A stretch of 64,000 bases of DNA from Mustelus asterias (taxonomy: Eukaryota), in assembly GCF_964213995.1 (NCBI RefSeq), contig NC_135817.1:44392001-44456000 (forward strand), read 5' to 3'. The stretch's first letter is position 1. Each line of letters starts with the position of its first letter. The position numbers were made by a program, and so were the translations under genes. Under the pieces are notes generated by a model. That model was not told the origin of the DNA. It saw nothing but the letters and a program-made list of their open reading frames with translations, and ran no database searches. Positions 11,091 through 24,917 of this stretch are shown one piece after another.

Positions 11091-13854
11091 TTCAGTTTTA
11101 TCACCATTCAACCTTAGTGGAAAATCTAATCTGTACATTGTATCCAAAAAAGGAGAGAAGGAAATTGGAAATAGATAGACATCAGTATTTTATTCAGCAG
11201 AAATGAATTAACTTTTCATTTTTCTAATTAAAACAAGAAAACGGAAAATATTCAGAGGGTGAAAATCAGATATTGTAGCGGATCAATGTTGATGTTGTTT
11301 GGAATTATTGATTCAAAAACCCCGAAACAAAAATCCCATCAAGTTTAAGAGAACCATTGTCTTTCCCCCAACAGGGGAAACTCGTGTGGGTAGGATGAGG
11401 TACTTGGGAAAATTCTGTAATGGGTCTCAAGAGACTGGAAGCAGAAGTTACAGAAGAATACCTTGGCACTCTAACCAGTTTTTAGCCATAATATTGTGAT
11501 GGGAAAAACCTTTTAAAATGTGGTTATTATTTTAGACTTAATTTACTACTTAGACTCACCACTTAGTCACATTGAAAACATGTTACAGTGAGAATATCCC
11601 TTCACTTGGTTTCCCCATAATGTGATACAGCAGGGTACGGAGGATGTTATGTAATAAAAGAATACCAGCCAATTACACACCTGCATAGCAAAAATAATCC
11701 TCTTCTGAAGTAAAATGAAAAAAAAAGTGGAGAATTATGTCTAAAGAAAGCTGTAAATTTTCTGCAACGCTTTCACAAAATCTTGCTATTTAAAAATATT
11801 TGAATAACTGTTGTTCAGTTCTTTCTTCCAGAGTTTGCATGAGCACAGAAATGACTTGTCTAATAGTTTTGTAGCAGGCGTAAGTTTGAATGATTATCCT
11901 TGCGTGTGATCTTTGGAAGACCCCATTCCAGGTTAAGCCCATTTAACAATAGGCACAGTTTGAAAAATTGATCATTGTGCTTGAGTGGAACTATACATTT
12001 TTATGGACATTAATTTTACTGGTCAGTTGTACCACAAATCAGCCAGCAGACCAACTCCTTTAACTCCATTTGTGTTCTCATTAAGTGAGGCTTCATTCTG
12101 GGATCAAAATCCTGCAAAATATAGTAGAACATGTGATTTAAGGAGCAGCAGGAATTTCCATATGGTGCTGTTTCCCATTCCACCACCGAATAAGTCAGCA
12201 GAAAACGCATAAGTACTGGGAACCCAGAAGAAAGAAGTACGGTGAGCGGGAGGGAGAGGAGGCAGCAGATTTTGTGGATGCAAACCCCAATCAGAAAAGG
12301 GGTTCTCGATTAGGAAAGTGATGGAGGCATCCCCACCCTTTCCCTGCACCAGGCCCAAAGCACGTTAACCTGCTGGCAACTGTGCAAGAAGGTCTGCAGT
12401 GAAAGAAGGTTTGGCTGAGCGCCAAATTCTCCATCCTCGCTGGCAGCGGCAGCAGGGTGTGAATGGTCAGAGAAGTCCAGCCCATATCTCTTCTCAGTTC
12501 TCCCAATGTTTTTATTTTGTCTTTTTCACGTCAATTTTCTTCGATGAACCGTAGTTTTGACACGTTGCTGAATGCCTACACCTTGTTCATGTGATTCTTC
12601 TGAATCCTTTCACAGCTGACGAGTGCATAATATTAACCAGGTGCAAGTCATCTGTCAGTCCTGTGCATGTGGTCCAGCTTACCAATCAAAGAGTTGGCAT
12701 CTTCTTCCTTTGAGTTGTTTCCTTGATGTGATGGATTTTGTTCATTTGTTGAACAGAGGATCTAATTTCCAAGACACATCAAAGTAGATGGACTGTGGGG
12801 GGTCAGCACCTTATTAGTCTGGGAGCTGCCTGATTTAAGTTGGCTGATGGCTAATATTTGGGACATGATGGTCCTTTCCACAGTCAGAGACAGTGTATCG
12901 TACCCTTTCTTTACACCAAGTCAGTTAAGCTCATCACTCGTGATTGCTGTCTGTCATGTTGTGCTAATGCTCTGCAGTGAAAAACGAGTGTCTTCTCCAG
13001 GGTTCAAGCTTGGGCAAAATTTATGGAGACTTTGGGCTGCCCAAATATCAGGGTCCCACTCTCATTTTCAGCCAACACCACTGGCGAGCAAAAACGCAAA
13101 AGAGAGGCCCCACTCCCGGCCTCCTCAGTTAAGTTGAAAGGAAAGCAAAGCACCATGTCTGGCACTAGCTTGGTTGCAGGAGTTGCCAAAAAGATAACAT
13201 GTCATCAGTTTGCCTTTGGGCTTCACTCCAAATATTTTTGTCGTATTTTATTCCCTTAGCCTTGAACTCTTTGCATGTGTCCACGAGGCAGTGGAGCTGT
13301 TCTCCCGTAGCTGAGAGTTTGGTTCATAAGGGCCAGGACATGTCTACATGTTGGTGGGCTTGTATTCTGATGTCTGGGGCCAAACCTCCTTCAGGTTCCA
13401 CTGAAGCTTTAGCCTGGGCCATGAGGGACTCAGTTTCAAGAAGGCACAGCTGAGGACTTGGCAATGAAGAGACTGGACATTGACAAAGAGACTTTGGCTT
13501 TCTCTTTCGCATTGTTGCTAGCCAATGGTGTAGACTGAAAATGAGAAGCAAACTAGCACACAGACGCATAAAATATGCTCTTTTCATCCACATATTCGGA
13601 GCATCACATTGACCTGTTGGATGACGTGTAGTCACTGTTGTAATGTAGGAAACATGGCAGTAAATTTGCACATAGCAAGCTCCCACAAACAGCAATGAGA
13701 TTGTGATCAGATGCAAAATACTGCATTCACTGGAAATTTGAAATAAAAATAGAAAATCTGGAAGTGATATGAATAGTGATGTGGTTGATTAAATCATCTG
13801 TCTTAGCGATGTTGGTTGAGGGCTAAATATTGATCGGAACACAACAACTTATAT

Positions 13855-14620
13855 TTAGATGTAAGTTACATTAATAAAATATCCCAAGTTGCTTCACAGA
13901 AGCACTATAAAACAGAATATGACATAAGCCACATAGGAAATATTAAGTGAGATGAGCAAAAGTTTGGTCAAAGATGTAGTCTTTAATTCTTAATGGAGGA
14001 CAGTGAAGTAGAGAGTTGGAGAGGTATAAGGAGGATATTACAGAGCTTAGGACCTGGACAACTGAAGACCCAGCTACCAATGGGTGATTAAAATGGGGGA
14101 TGCCCAAAGAGCCAGAATTAGAGGAGCACCAATATCTTGGGGAGCTGTGAGGCTTACAGAGATAGAGACCATGCAGTGATTTGAAAACAAGGGTGAGAAT
14201 TTTAAAATCAAGATGTTGCTTGACCAGAAGCCAATGCAGGTCAGGGGAATAGGACTTCGTGCAAGTTAAGATCAGGCCAACAGAGTTTTAGATTACCTTA
14301 AATTTACGGAGGGAAGAATGTAGAAGATCAGCTTGGAGACCTTTGTAATAGCCAGGTCTAGAGGTAACAGAGGCAAGAATGATATTTGAGCAGCAGATGA
14401 CCTGAGACAGGAATGAGGCTGGGCAATGTTACTAAGGTGGAAATAGACAGCCTTCCTGATGGTGTGAATATGATGTCAGAAGTTCATCTCCGGGGTCAGC
14501 AAGGTTATGAACAAACACAGCTGCTAGGAAGGGGGATGGCATCAGTCGCTGGGGTCAGAGTAGGAGTGGGGACTGAAAACAAGGTTATAGACTTCTCGGT
14601 ATTTAATTGGATGAAATTTG
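13855..14620 (-). mobile_element. Old L2-type LINE 3' fragment
   Basis: Degenerate L2-like 3' region splitting a Deu-type SINE. Confidence 0.5.
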
Positions 14621-16744
14621 AGGACACCAGGGAAACAATCCTCTTATTCTTTGAATAGTGCTGTGGGATCTTTTATACCCTCATGAAAGAACAAACAGGG
14701 CTTTGCTTTAATATCTTATTGGGTGGAAAGCACCCCCTAACGGTATGGTACCTCCTCAGTACTTCAGTGGGCATGTCAGCCTGGATTATGAGTTCAAGGC
14801 CTCTAGTGTGAGACGTGAACCTACAAGCTCCTGACTCAAAGGTGAGATTGCAATCACTGAGCTACAGCTGGCATTGCCCTGTAGCCAGATTACTATTACC
14901 TTTCCCAGTGGTAGAAGCAGACTGAATAGGAACCATTGTATGGATTTGGTAGAGAACAAAGCCCCTCCCTCTGTGGTTCCTGTTAAGTCTGTTTCTATTA
15001 GTATTAAGAGTGATTTGTTGTCAGCAACCTTGCAGCTAAGTAGGGACACTTTAAGAGAATGTTTGCATAGCATCATCAGAGATGACATAATTGGCTGTTT
15101 GCACGGGTAACTGCGCAGTGTAACTGGCCTGTCGTGTTAACATCTCCTGAATAAAGCTCTTAGTTTTTGTTGAATGTCCATGGCCTCCTAAGTCAATCCT
15201 GCAAACACCACAGTTTCTATCACCAGAAAACGTAGAAATAATTGATTGGCAAAAGGTGGCTCTGACTCTTTGTCCTGGTGGCCAGTTCCTGAGTATATGT
15301 CACCTTTTCTGGCTGCCCAGAAGTGTGATTATGCTCATCTACATACGTTTGAATTGGGTATATCCCATGTATACATCTACGCTACCATAATGACTGGACT
15401 TCAGTAACAGATTTGTTTCAGAGAGATTTATGTACCTGGAATTCTTATTTTCTTCTGCAATTTAGCATTTTTACTTTGCATTTGTTTAACCCATCCAGTC
15501 TTGTTGCAATCATCTTGTGACTTGATGTTAAAACCCTGAATGCAAATTCAAAAATATTTTCAGAAAGCAGAACCTTTTTTTTAACTCGGGTCGATTCCTG
15601 AGAAAATGTTTGAATGAATTACAGGAAGTGTTATGGTCTGATGCTCAGAAGATAAGCAGATGTGTTTGTATTTATTTGATAAGTATTATAACTTCTTCAT
15701 ATTGTAACAGTTAGTTACATCCCAACTAGATCTATCTGCTTCACTCCTTCACCCACCATTGATGGATCTATTAGTAATAAAATATGGTGTCATTGTTCAT
15801 GCAGGGTTCATATTAATTATTTTGAAAGGAAATTATTAAAGCACAAATAATAAACACAATGAGTTGCTGCTAGGAGAGTGGAAAATGAGAAAAGGTCCAT
15901 GTGGAGAAAAACACTGAAGCCAGCTTGATGGGTCATGTGACCGAAGGCTATGTTGTTTCAATCATTCTGTTCATTGAAAGGCAAGTTTGAAACTTTATAG
16001 GATATGTGGGTAGATCCCGAAGGCCAATTAAATATTCTACTAAGCAGTAAAACTGCCAGATGATAATATTGGTAGTTCCATTGTAAATTATTTTTAAAAT
16101 TCTTTCATGGGATGTGGGCATTGCTGGCTAGGCCTGCATTTATTCCCCATCCCAAATTACCTTTAAAAGGTAATGGTGAGCCACTGCCTTGAACTTCTGC
16201 AGTCCATGTAGTGGAGATACACCCATGGTGCTGTTAGGAAGGGAGACTTTTACCTGTATTGTAAAAGACCATAAATATTTGTGTGGGGGTGGGGTGGGGA
16301 GTTGTGGGAAACATCGTTCTACTCACCACTTGCCTGGATGGGTGCAGCTCTAACAATACTCAAAAAGCTCAACACAATCCAGGACAAAGCAGTCGGTTTG
16401 ATTGACAACCCATCCACTACCTTAAACATGCCCCTTCCTGTAATATGCCTAGAAACACTTGCCATTGATATTTGTGAGCCATTTAAAGGATGCTCCATCT
16501 GAAGATTTGCCATGAGAGTTCCGCCGTGATAGGTTTTTCTTAGATATGCTGGAGACCTTTGGCGCCCATACAGCAAGGGAGTATCCTTATTGCCTTCCTT
16601 TGGATAGACTATTAGCTCCTGGTGACAGACTAGTGAACTGTTCCAGGAATAATTAGCTACATAAACAGATGAAAATTTGATCTGTGCACCATCAGGTGCA
16701 GAAAGGTTGAGAGAGAGAGAGAGAGCATCATCATTTAGAATGAT

Positions 16745-18370
16745 GGGGGCGATTCTCCCATCCTGCTGCACTGATTCACTGAGCAGACAGACCTTTCAGC
16801 CTGAGCTCCCATTGCAGCATTCCAAGGTTGGGTGGCTTCTGTTTCTCCTGTAATGGAGGCTGGGATATCGACCATCAAACTGCATCGTGGTTGGATCTGC
16901 AAGTGCTCACGAGGCTGGCCACCACTGCTATAATGGAAAGGATGGCAAAAGCTCCGTGCAAAACCCTGTGACAAGTTGAGGTTGGACTTCTCCATGTTCT
17001 TGACATAACTACAGGCTCTCTGGCATGCCTGCATGTGCATCAAGCATTTGTGCATGTATATCCAGCTCTCCCATTAAAGTCCTCACTGAGTCCTGTGCAG
17101 CAAATAATTTGTGCAACCTTGCCCTCTGATGAGCCGGCATCTTCTTTGTCCCATGCAGGCTGTTTGCACCAGGAGTCTCACCACACACAGGTCCTGCTTC
17201 TTTGCCCTCCTCTAAAGTACTTGCTGTGTCAGTATCTAGGCTGCTGGCCTGCGAGTGGTGGGTGAATGGTGCTGTTTCATCCTCATCATTTCCTGCTTCC
17301 TTCACCTTCTTCCTACTCTTCTTTGCTTTCTTCTTCTCCCTCCCCTTCTCTTTTGCCATTGCCTGGCCAGGTGGTAGCTCTTGGGTATCTGAATAGAAAA
17401 AGGCACAGGTCTATGATGAGTAGAATGGATCAACAGTAAGAGGTGCATGGTTACACCATCTGCAACCTGTAAATATGAAGTGATGAGAAGGAAGTGGGAT
17501 GTAGAAAGGAAAATTAACTATGAGCATACTGCCACATTCAATGGTTTCATTCCCACCACTGGAAACGGCCTCAATTATGACTGCTCCAATGATGATGAGT
17601 GTTGTCCTTTCCATGGGTTTGCAGACTCACCTGCCCTCTTGGGTTAGCTGCTGTCTCCGGTTGTGCACTACCTTGTCCTGCAAGGGAGAGGGTAGTGTAT
17701 CAGTGAGTGTGGTGCAATGTGTTTGGCTAACATTGCTGTCATGACTGGCTGACAGTATATGCAATTTGTGTGAAATGTGTATCCGGGTTTCAGCAGTACA
17801 ATGTGTGAGGTGAAGCTAGAAATATTAGATATGAGTTGTGATTGAGAGAGGTTATTGGCTGGTGAGTGATTGTGTTGTGGTGAAATGAGCAGTGGCTGAG
17901 GCTATCTTTGCAGTTGATGGGATGCGACAGTTAAAGATGCATTCACTGACCTTACCCACTTGTGTGAGGTAATTGAACTTCTTTCACCACTACATCCAGA
18001 TCTTTGGAGCCACACTCGTGTCATTGACAACCACAGCTATCTACTCCCACTGCCTTTCGATAAGTTGTCCACTGGGCCTTCTGACCCTCGCAAAATATCT
18101 CTCCTCTTATATTCCTTCTCAACCACAGCTTCCAGTGCAACATTGGAAAACTTGGAGCCCATGTTGTGCCATCATTTGGTATTTTTCTTGCTCAGATTCT
18201 CTGAAATAACCAGTACCAGCACATGTTGCAGCCACTTTTTTAAGTGCAGGCTTGCTTTAAGTGGAGCAAGCTTCTCAGTATGGCACGCACCCTCCTTTGC
18301 CATGCAGCCATTCAACAGTGAGCACTGGCTGCACATAGAAATGATTGAAATGACCAGGAGCACCATGTTT
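16745..18370 (-). mobile_element. Degraded PIF/Harbinger Myb/SANT-like gene remnant
   Basis: Minus strand 17950-18172 reads approximately (AP)SFSNVALEAVVE..RRDIL...RQWE.IAVVVN..S..PKIWM...KKFNYLT, an MSANTD-type domain. It is followed by a small exon-like DKVVHNRRQQ segment with AG/GT borders (about 17633-17680) and a charged low-complexity region. Confidence 0.6.
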
Positions 18371-18397
18371 GTGTACTACCCTAAGCAGAAGCAACAT

Positions 18398-18740
18398 GGC
18401 ACGGTAGCACAGTGGTTAGCACTGCTGCTTCACAGCTCCAGGGACCTGGGTTCGATTCCCGGCTTGGGTCACTGTCTGTGTGGAGTTTGCACATTCTCCT
18501 CGTGTCTGCATGGGTTCCCTCTGGGTGCTCCGGTTTCCTCCCACAGTCCAAAGATGTGCGGGTTAGGTTGATTGGCCATGCTCAAATTGCCCCTTAGTGT
18601 CCCGAGATGCGTAGGTTAGAGGGATTAGCGGGTAAATGTGTAGGGATATGGGGGTAGGGCCTGGGTGGGATTGTGGTCGGTGCAGACTCGATGGGCCAGA
18701 TGGCCTCTTTCTGCACTGTAGGGTTTCTATGATTTCTATG
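18398..18740 (+). mobile_element. V-SINE (HE1-like), near full length
   Basis: tRNA head, V-domain, CR1-like 3' tail ending TTCTATGATTTCTATGA. Confidence 0.88.
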
Positions 18741-20631
18741 AGGTTTCATCGCATGTTGTGATCCCTGCATCCATTTTTGAGCCTGATACAATTTCTCAGA
18801 ATTACAGGTATGAACTGAAATTGTACTGATTTGTTCAGTCCGAGGAGACAAATGCAGTCTAAGAGTTAAACTGCTCGTCTTGATCCTGTGAGAAGTGAGG
18901 TGTTTACAACTTCAATTTTCTTTGGAAAGCCCACTAACCCTATTACACCTCAAAGAGGAAGCAGGTCAGGACCAGTTTCCTGTTACTTCAGGTGTTCCAA
19001 ATCATGGTTGGGCACAGGAAGAATTAATCTTACTTCCAGAAATTTAGAAGGAAGGAAATAACTCACTGGCCAGATCCACTTTTGATCATAGACGTTTTGC
19101 ACACTGAATATAAAAAGGAATTTTATGCGTACACAGTACAAATAATGGGTAGTTGTAGAATATTGGATATCTCACTTTAGCTCCTGTTTTCCTAAGCCCC
19201 CAAACTTTGATTCTGGGCAAAGAGTAGATGGGTTGTCTGCCTGTGGCTTGGTTTGTGGGCTCAAACCAGTTCCACCAGGGTTCTGCCTTGTTTCTTCCAC
19301 ATTTTCAGCTGTTATGATGACCAGGGGGGTTCATCTATAGACCTCCCCATGGGCCTTGTAGAATACAAGTTCCCCTATTAGACAAGTGGAGGCTTGTCCA
19401 ATCGGGAAGGAGCAGGTGGGGGGTTGTGGGTGGGGGGGGGGGGGGTTTGGTTTAAAACCAATTGGCTTCATTCAGGCTGGCAGTCGAAAGATTTTAAGGC
19501 ACTGCAGCCGCTGAACGGCACTTTGAACATGTTGTAAATAAAGGATGCTGGTGATGGAAGACTGACCTCAGTAAGATTATTACAGAGAAATAGATGCATC
19601 TTCAGTGATATACCAATGGTGTAGGCGGGTTGCTTAACAGGCTACCAAATGAATTTCCTCTAATCTCTCCTTTTCAAGTCCATGGAGAATTCTTGTCGGC
19701 TAACAGGTGGTTTGAAAGCTTTAGGAAAACTCAACCATTGTGAATGAAAGCTAGTCGATCCATAGGAGATTTATTGCTTATCACTGGAAGCCAAATGAAT
19801 TCCCACAAGGATATTGGCCCTTCCAGGGCTTACTTTTTTTTTAACCGATCTTCCAGATATTGGTGTCCTTACTGTCTTGACACCCTCGCCCCACATATTC
19901 AAGTGAATTCAGTTTTTGTAATTTAGGTTGTGGTCTGGGCCTGTCCACTTGGGGATTTAGGAAGTGGCATACAGGGATACTGTACCATTACTCTTTGGTA
20001 GACATGATGCAACATAGAACTATTGACCTCTCTTATTCCAGCTAAAGCCTTTGGACCAGCCAATTACAAACTACGTATCAAGACTCTTTGGGACTGCTTT
20101 TAGTGTCATCTAGCCAGTTACCCTGTGCCCATTTTCCAACAGAGGAGTCTGGGTAGCAAAAGAGAGCAGAATCAGATCCACACACTTTTCAGATTTGTTC
20201 TAGGCTCTACGTGAGAAGGCATGAAAAGCTTTAAGAGTTTTTGGGCCTGTTTTGCGTGACATTCTTTTTAAAATCTCTTCCTCTTTTTGAAAAGACAATT
20301 GACACGTAATTTTCTCGCCAGCTAATTGCATCATCTTGAAAACACATTTGAATTTTCATCTCGCGCTTGAACAATTATGCAAATGAGCTATTCCGGGCAG
20401 TCGAACCTGTATTTTTTGACTCAGATGGAGGAAAGTTCCCATAGTGAAAAGCTCATTCCTCGTGACTGAGTGAGATCATTCAAATTTTTAACACTTCAGG
20501 GAGTCCTTGGGGTAATGGGTATCCCACTCATAACACTTCCACATTTTATGTTGCTTTATAAAACTATCATATCTAATTACTGCATTTTGGTTTCCTTCTC
20601 TTAAATTTATTCTTTTTGCATTTTTCTCTAG

Positions 20632-21360
20632 GATTTATGAGTTTGGTGGTTAAATCCTCTCGGACCATAGCAGATCAGCTGACAACTGAGGAAGACTTTC
20701 CAATCTAACTTTTAACTACAAGCAGTTTGACCCAAAATCAGGATTTACAAGAAATAGCACCAGGCATGTGGTGACAGGCTTGCTGTAGACACTGTTTCCT
20801 GGCAAGGTTACTATTTGATTTGAATTAAACATTAGATGGTGTTACTTGCATACCAATGCTTACGCCATTCATATGAAATTGTTTTTAAAGTTGTTTCAGA
20901 ATTATTTCATTACTTGGTATCTGATTTATGGAATGGGACCGAGGAATTTTATATCTAAATGTTCATGCACAGCACAACGTCAATAGTATTAAAAATGTAA
21001 AATTGATTGAAGTTGCATTGTTTTTCTGTTTTCAATGCATAACATGAGAATTGGAAATATAGAATTTGATTGTGAACTCACAAGCTTTCCATATTTGAAT
21101 TGTATTTGAATTTCCTTTCATAACTATATTGTGGCTCTAATTTAATGTGACTATACTTGGTTACTGAGTCATATAATGTCAGTTTTTCATGTGATTGTGC
21201 TTTGCCTTCACTTTAGTTCACAAGCTGAAATATGAGCCTTTTTTATTCTGTCAGTTGGCTATATTGTATATCTTATATATATTCATACTCCATTCCTTTT
21301 CCACCATTAATAACTTCTAATATTGTTTAAACTCTATTTTTTTAACTGCTGTAACCAATG
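20632..21360 (+). other. Candidate terminal exon / AU-rich 3'UTR of the CD200-like gene
   Basis: Very strong polypyrimidine acceptor (tctttttgcatttttctctAG) followed by about 700 nt of AT-rich sequence with no recognisable repeats. The phase-2 frame gives K-IYEFGG-stop. The 3' end is uncertain. Confidence 0.4.
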
Positions 21361-22884
21361 TACAAAAAGAGAGATGGTTAATTACTTAGCTTTGAGTTTT
21401 TGATATTGGGCCAATTTTACAAAATTCTAGTGAGGTGGTGGTGAGCTGTCTTCTTGAATTGTTGGAGTCCACATAAATGTCCTCAGTGTTCTTAGGGAGT
21501 TCCAGGATTTTGATCCAGCGGCAGTGAAAGATCGGCGATATATTTCCAAGTCAGGATGTTATGTGGCTGGGTGGTGAATTGGCAGGTGGTGGCATGCCCG
21601 TGTCTTTTTTGGTGGCAGAGGTAACAGGTATGGAAGACACAGTCGAAAGAGCCTTGGAAAATTGAAGATGATCCCTACGTTCTGTGACTTTGGCTTTTAA
21701 ATCTCATTTCTTCCAAACCACAATTTATGACACATGCCAAATCAGTCATTCAGCTGGACATGGATATTATAAGGGGAAAAGTATCCGTCACTTTCCATAA
21801 GGGAAAAAAGGCATTGACTCAGCCGAGAACAGTACTTATTGTGGGTGGCTGTGATATTCACGGCAGAGTCACGGCAATGGAAGCAGAAGTGCACAGTCAC
21901 CCGTTCCTGCCCAGATCTCTTGTACCAAGTGCCAGCAGGCCAATGAGCAGCTGGCTGGTGGAACTGGATGGCCTGGAGTAGGACAGGGTTGAACAGAGAC
22001 AGAAAGCAGGAAACAATAGGCAGCTAGCCTAACATTTGTCATCGGGAAAATGCTAGAATTCATCATTAAGAACAAAGCAGCAGGGCATTTAGAAAATCAG
22101 AATACAATCAGGCAAAGTCAACATAGTTTTGTAAAAGGGAAATTGGGATTGACAAAATTATTCCAATTCCTTGAGGATGTAACAAGCAACGTGGATAAAG
22201 GGGAACCAGTAAGTGTAATGTATTTGGATTTCTAAAAGGCAATTTATAAGGTGCCACAAAAGAGCTGACTACACAAGGTATGAACTCATGGCATTGAGGG
22301 TAATATATTAGCATGGATAGAAGATTGACTAAGTAGCAGGAAATAGAGAGTCAGGATAAATGGGTCATTTTCAATTGTAACTAGTGGAGTGCCGCAGACA
22401 TCAGCTATTTGCAATTTATGTTAATAACATGAAAGAAGGGACTGACAGTATTGTAGACAAATTTGCTGATGAAACAAAGATAGATAAAAAGCAAGTTGTG
22501 AGGAGGATACAGTGAGTACGTAAAGGGTTGTAGGAAAGTTACGTGAATGGGTAAAAATTTGGCAGTGGGAGAATTGTATGGGAAATTGTGAGGTTGTCCA
22601 CTTTAGCTGGAAGAACGAAAAAAGCAGAATGTTATTTAAATGGAGAGAGACTGCAGAATGCTGCAAAAGAGTGGGATCTCTAGGTGTCCCTGTACATGAA
22701 TCACAAAAGGTAATGTGTAGGCAATTAAGACAAATGGAATGTCGGCCTTTATTGGAAGGGGGATAGAATATAAAAGTATGGAAATCTTGCTATGACAGGG
22801 CATTGATGAGATCACACCTAGAGTACTGGGTGTGTTCAGTTTTGGTCATCTTACTTAAAGAACATACTTGCACTGGAAGCAAAG

Positions 22885-23611
22885 GACAGGAAAGAGATAT
22901 AGAATCAGGTAAATGGTGCGATGACAATAATCTCTCCCTCGATGTCAGTAAAATGAAGGGGCTAGTTATTGACTTCAGATAGCATAGTGGAGGACATGTC
23001 CCTCTCTACATCAACAGTGGTGAAATGGAAATAGTCGAGAGCTTCAGGTTTCTAGGTGTCCAGATCAACAACAACCTGCCCTTTTCCCTCCATGCTGACG
23101 CTATGGCTAAGAAAGCCCACCAGTGCCCCTACTTGCTCAGGAGGCTAAGGAAATTCGGCATGTTGGCTATGACTCACCAATTTTGACAGATGCACCATAG
23201 GAAGCATCCTTTCCAGATGTATCATAACATGGCTCCTGCTCTAACCAAGACCGCAAGTGCATCACACAAACCAGCCTCCCATCCATTGACTCTGTCTACA
23301 CTTCACGCTGTCTTGGAAAAGCAGCCAGCATAATCAAGAACCCTACTTTCCTCTGTTGGGAAAAAGAGTCTGAGACCACGTACCAACCGACTCAAGAACA
23401 GCTTCTTCCCTGCTACCATCAGACTTTTGAATGGACCTGCCTCGTATTAAGCTGATCTTTCTCTGCACCTAGCTATGACTGTAACACTACATTCTGCACT
23501 CTCTCCTTCTCTCCTATGTACTCTATGTACGGTATATTTTGTCTGTGTTGCGTGCAAAAAACTATACACTGTATACTAATACACATGACAATAATAAATC
23601 AAATCAAATCA
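22885..23611 (+). mobile_element. Rex1/Babar-like LINE 3' fragment
   Basis: KKAHQ..Y.LRRLRKF and RCTI.SIL motifs, tail (AATCA)n. Same family as the copies at 36680 and 48875. Confidence 0.72.
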
Positions 23612-23988
23612 ATTCAGAAAGAGTTCACTAGACTGATTACTGGGACAAAAATGTTGTCGTATGAAGAAAGATTGAGCGGGTTGGGTCTATACTCATTCTA
23701 GTTTAAAAGAATAAGAGCTGATCTTATTGAAATATATTAGATTCTAAGGGAGCTTGATGGGGTGGATGCTGAGAAGATGTTCTCCCTTCTTGGAGAGACC
23801 AGAACTAGGAGACACAGTTTAAAAATAAGGGATCTCCTATTTTTGACAGAGATGAGGAGGAATTTCTTCTCTATCGGGGTCATTTGGAATTCTCTTGTTC
23901 AGCAAGTAGTGGAAGCTGGATCATTGGATATAGTAAGAAGTCTCACAACACCAGGTTAAAGTCCAACAGGTTTATTTGGTAGCAAATA

Positions 23989-24025
23989 CCATAAGCTTTC
24001 GGAGCACAGCTCCTTCGTCAGATGG
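23989..24025 (-). ncRNA. Minimal hammerhead motif, mirror copy in the left arm
   Basis: Reverse complement reads CCAT-CTGACGA-A-GGAGC-tgt-GCTCC-GAAA-GCTT-ATGG. Confidence 0.72.
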
Positions 24026-24917
24026 AGTGGATATCTGTTCTCAAACAGTGCAAACAGACACAGAAATCAAATTATAGAATACTGATTAGAATGCAAATCT
24101 CTACAGCCAGCCAGGTCTTAAATGTACAGACAATGTGGGTGGAGGGAGCATTCAACACTGGTTAAAGAGATGTGTATTGTCTCCAGACAGAACAGCTAGT
24201 GAAATTCTGCAAGTCCAGGAGGCAAGCTGTGGGGGTTACTGATAATGTGACATAAATCCAACATCCCGGTTTAGGCCGTCCTCATGTGTGCGGAACTTGG
24301 CTATCAATTTCTGCTCAGCGACTCTGCGCTGTCATGTGTCGTGAAGGCCGCCTTGGAGAACGCTTACCTGAAGATCCAAGGCTGAATGCCCGTGACTGCT
24401 GAAGTGCTCCCCCACAGGAAGAGAACAGTCTTGCCTGGTGATTGTTGAGCGGTGTTCATTCATCCGTTGACGACAACGGATGAATGAACACCGCTCGACA
24501 ATCACCAGGCAAGACTGTTCTCTTCCTGTGGGGGAGCACTTCAGCAGTCACGGGCATTCAGCCTTGGATCTTCAGGTAAGCGTTCTCCAAGGCGGCCTTC
24601 ACGACACACGACAGCGCAGAGTCGCTGAGCAGAAACTGATAGCCAAGTTCCGCACACATGAGGACGGCCTAAACCGGGATGTTGGATTTATGTCACATTA
24701 TCAGTAACCCCCACAGCTTGCCTCCTGGACTTGCAGAATTTCACTAGCTGTTCTGTCTGGAGACAATACACATCTCTTTAACCTGTGTTGAATGCTCCCT
24801 CCACCCACATTGTCTGTACATTTAAGACCTGGCTGGCTGTAGAGATTTGCATTCTAATCAGTATTCTGTAATTTGATTTCTGTGTCTGTTTGCACTGTTT
24901 GAGAACAGATATCCACT

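Noticed and set aside
24480-24707. Stand-alone 75-aa protein gene
   Set aside because: It is the truncated C-terminus of a PLE endonuclease starting at the palindrome apex.
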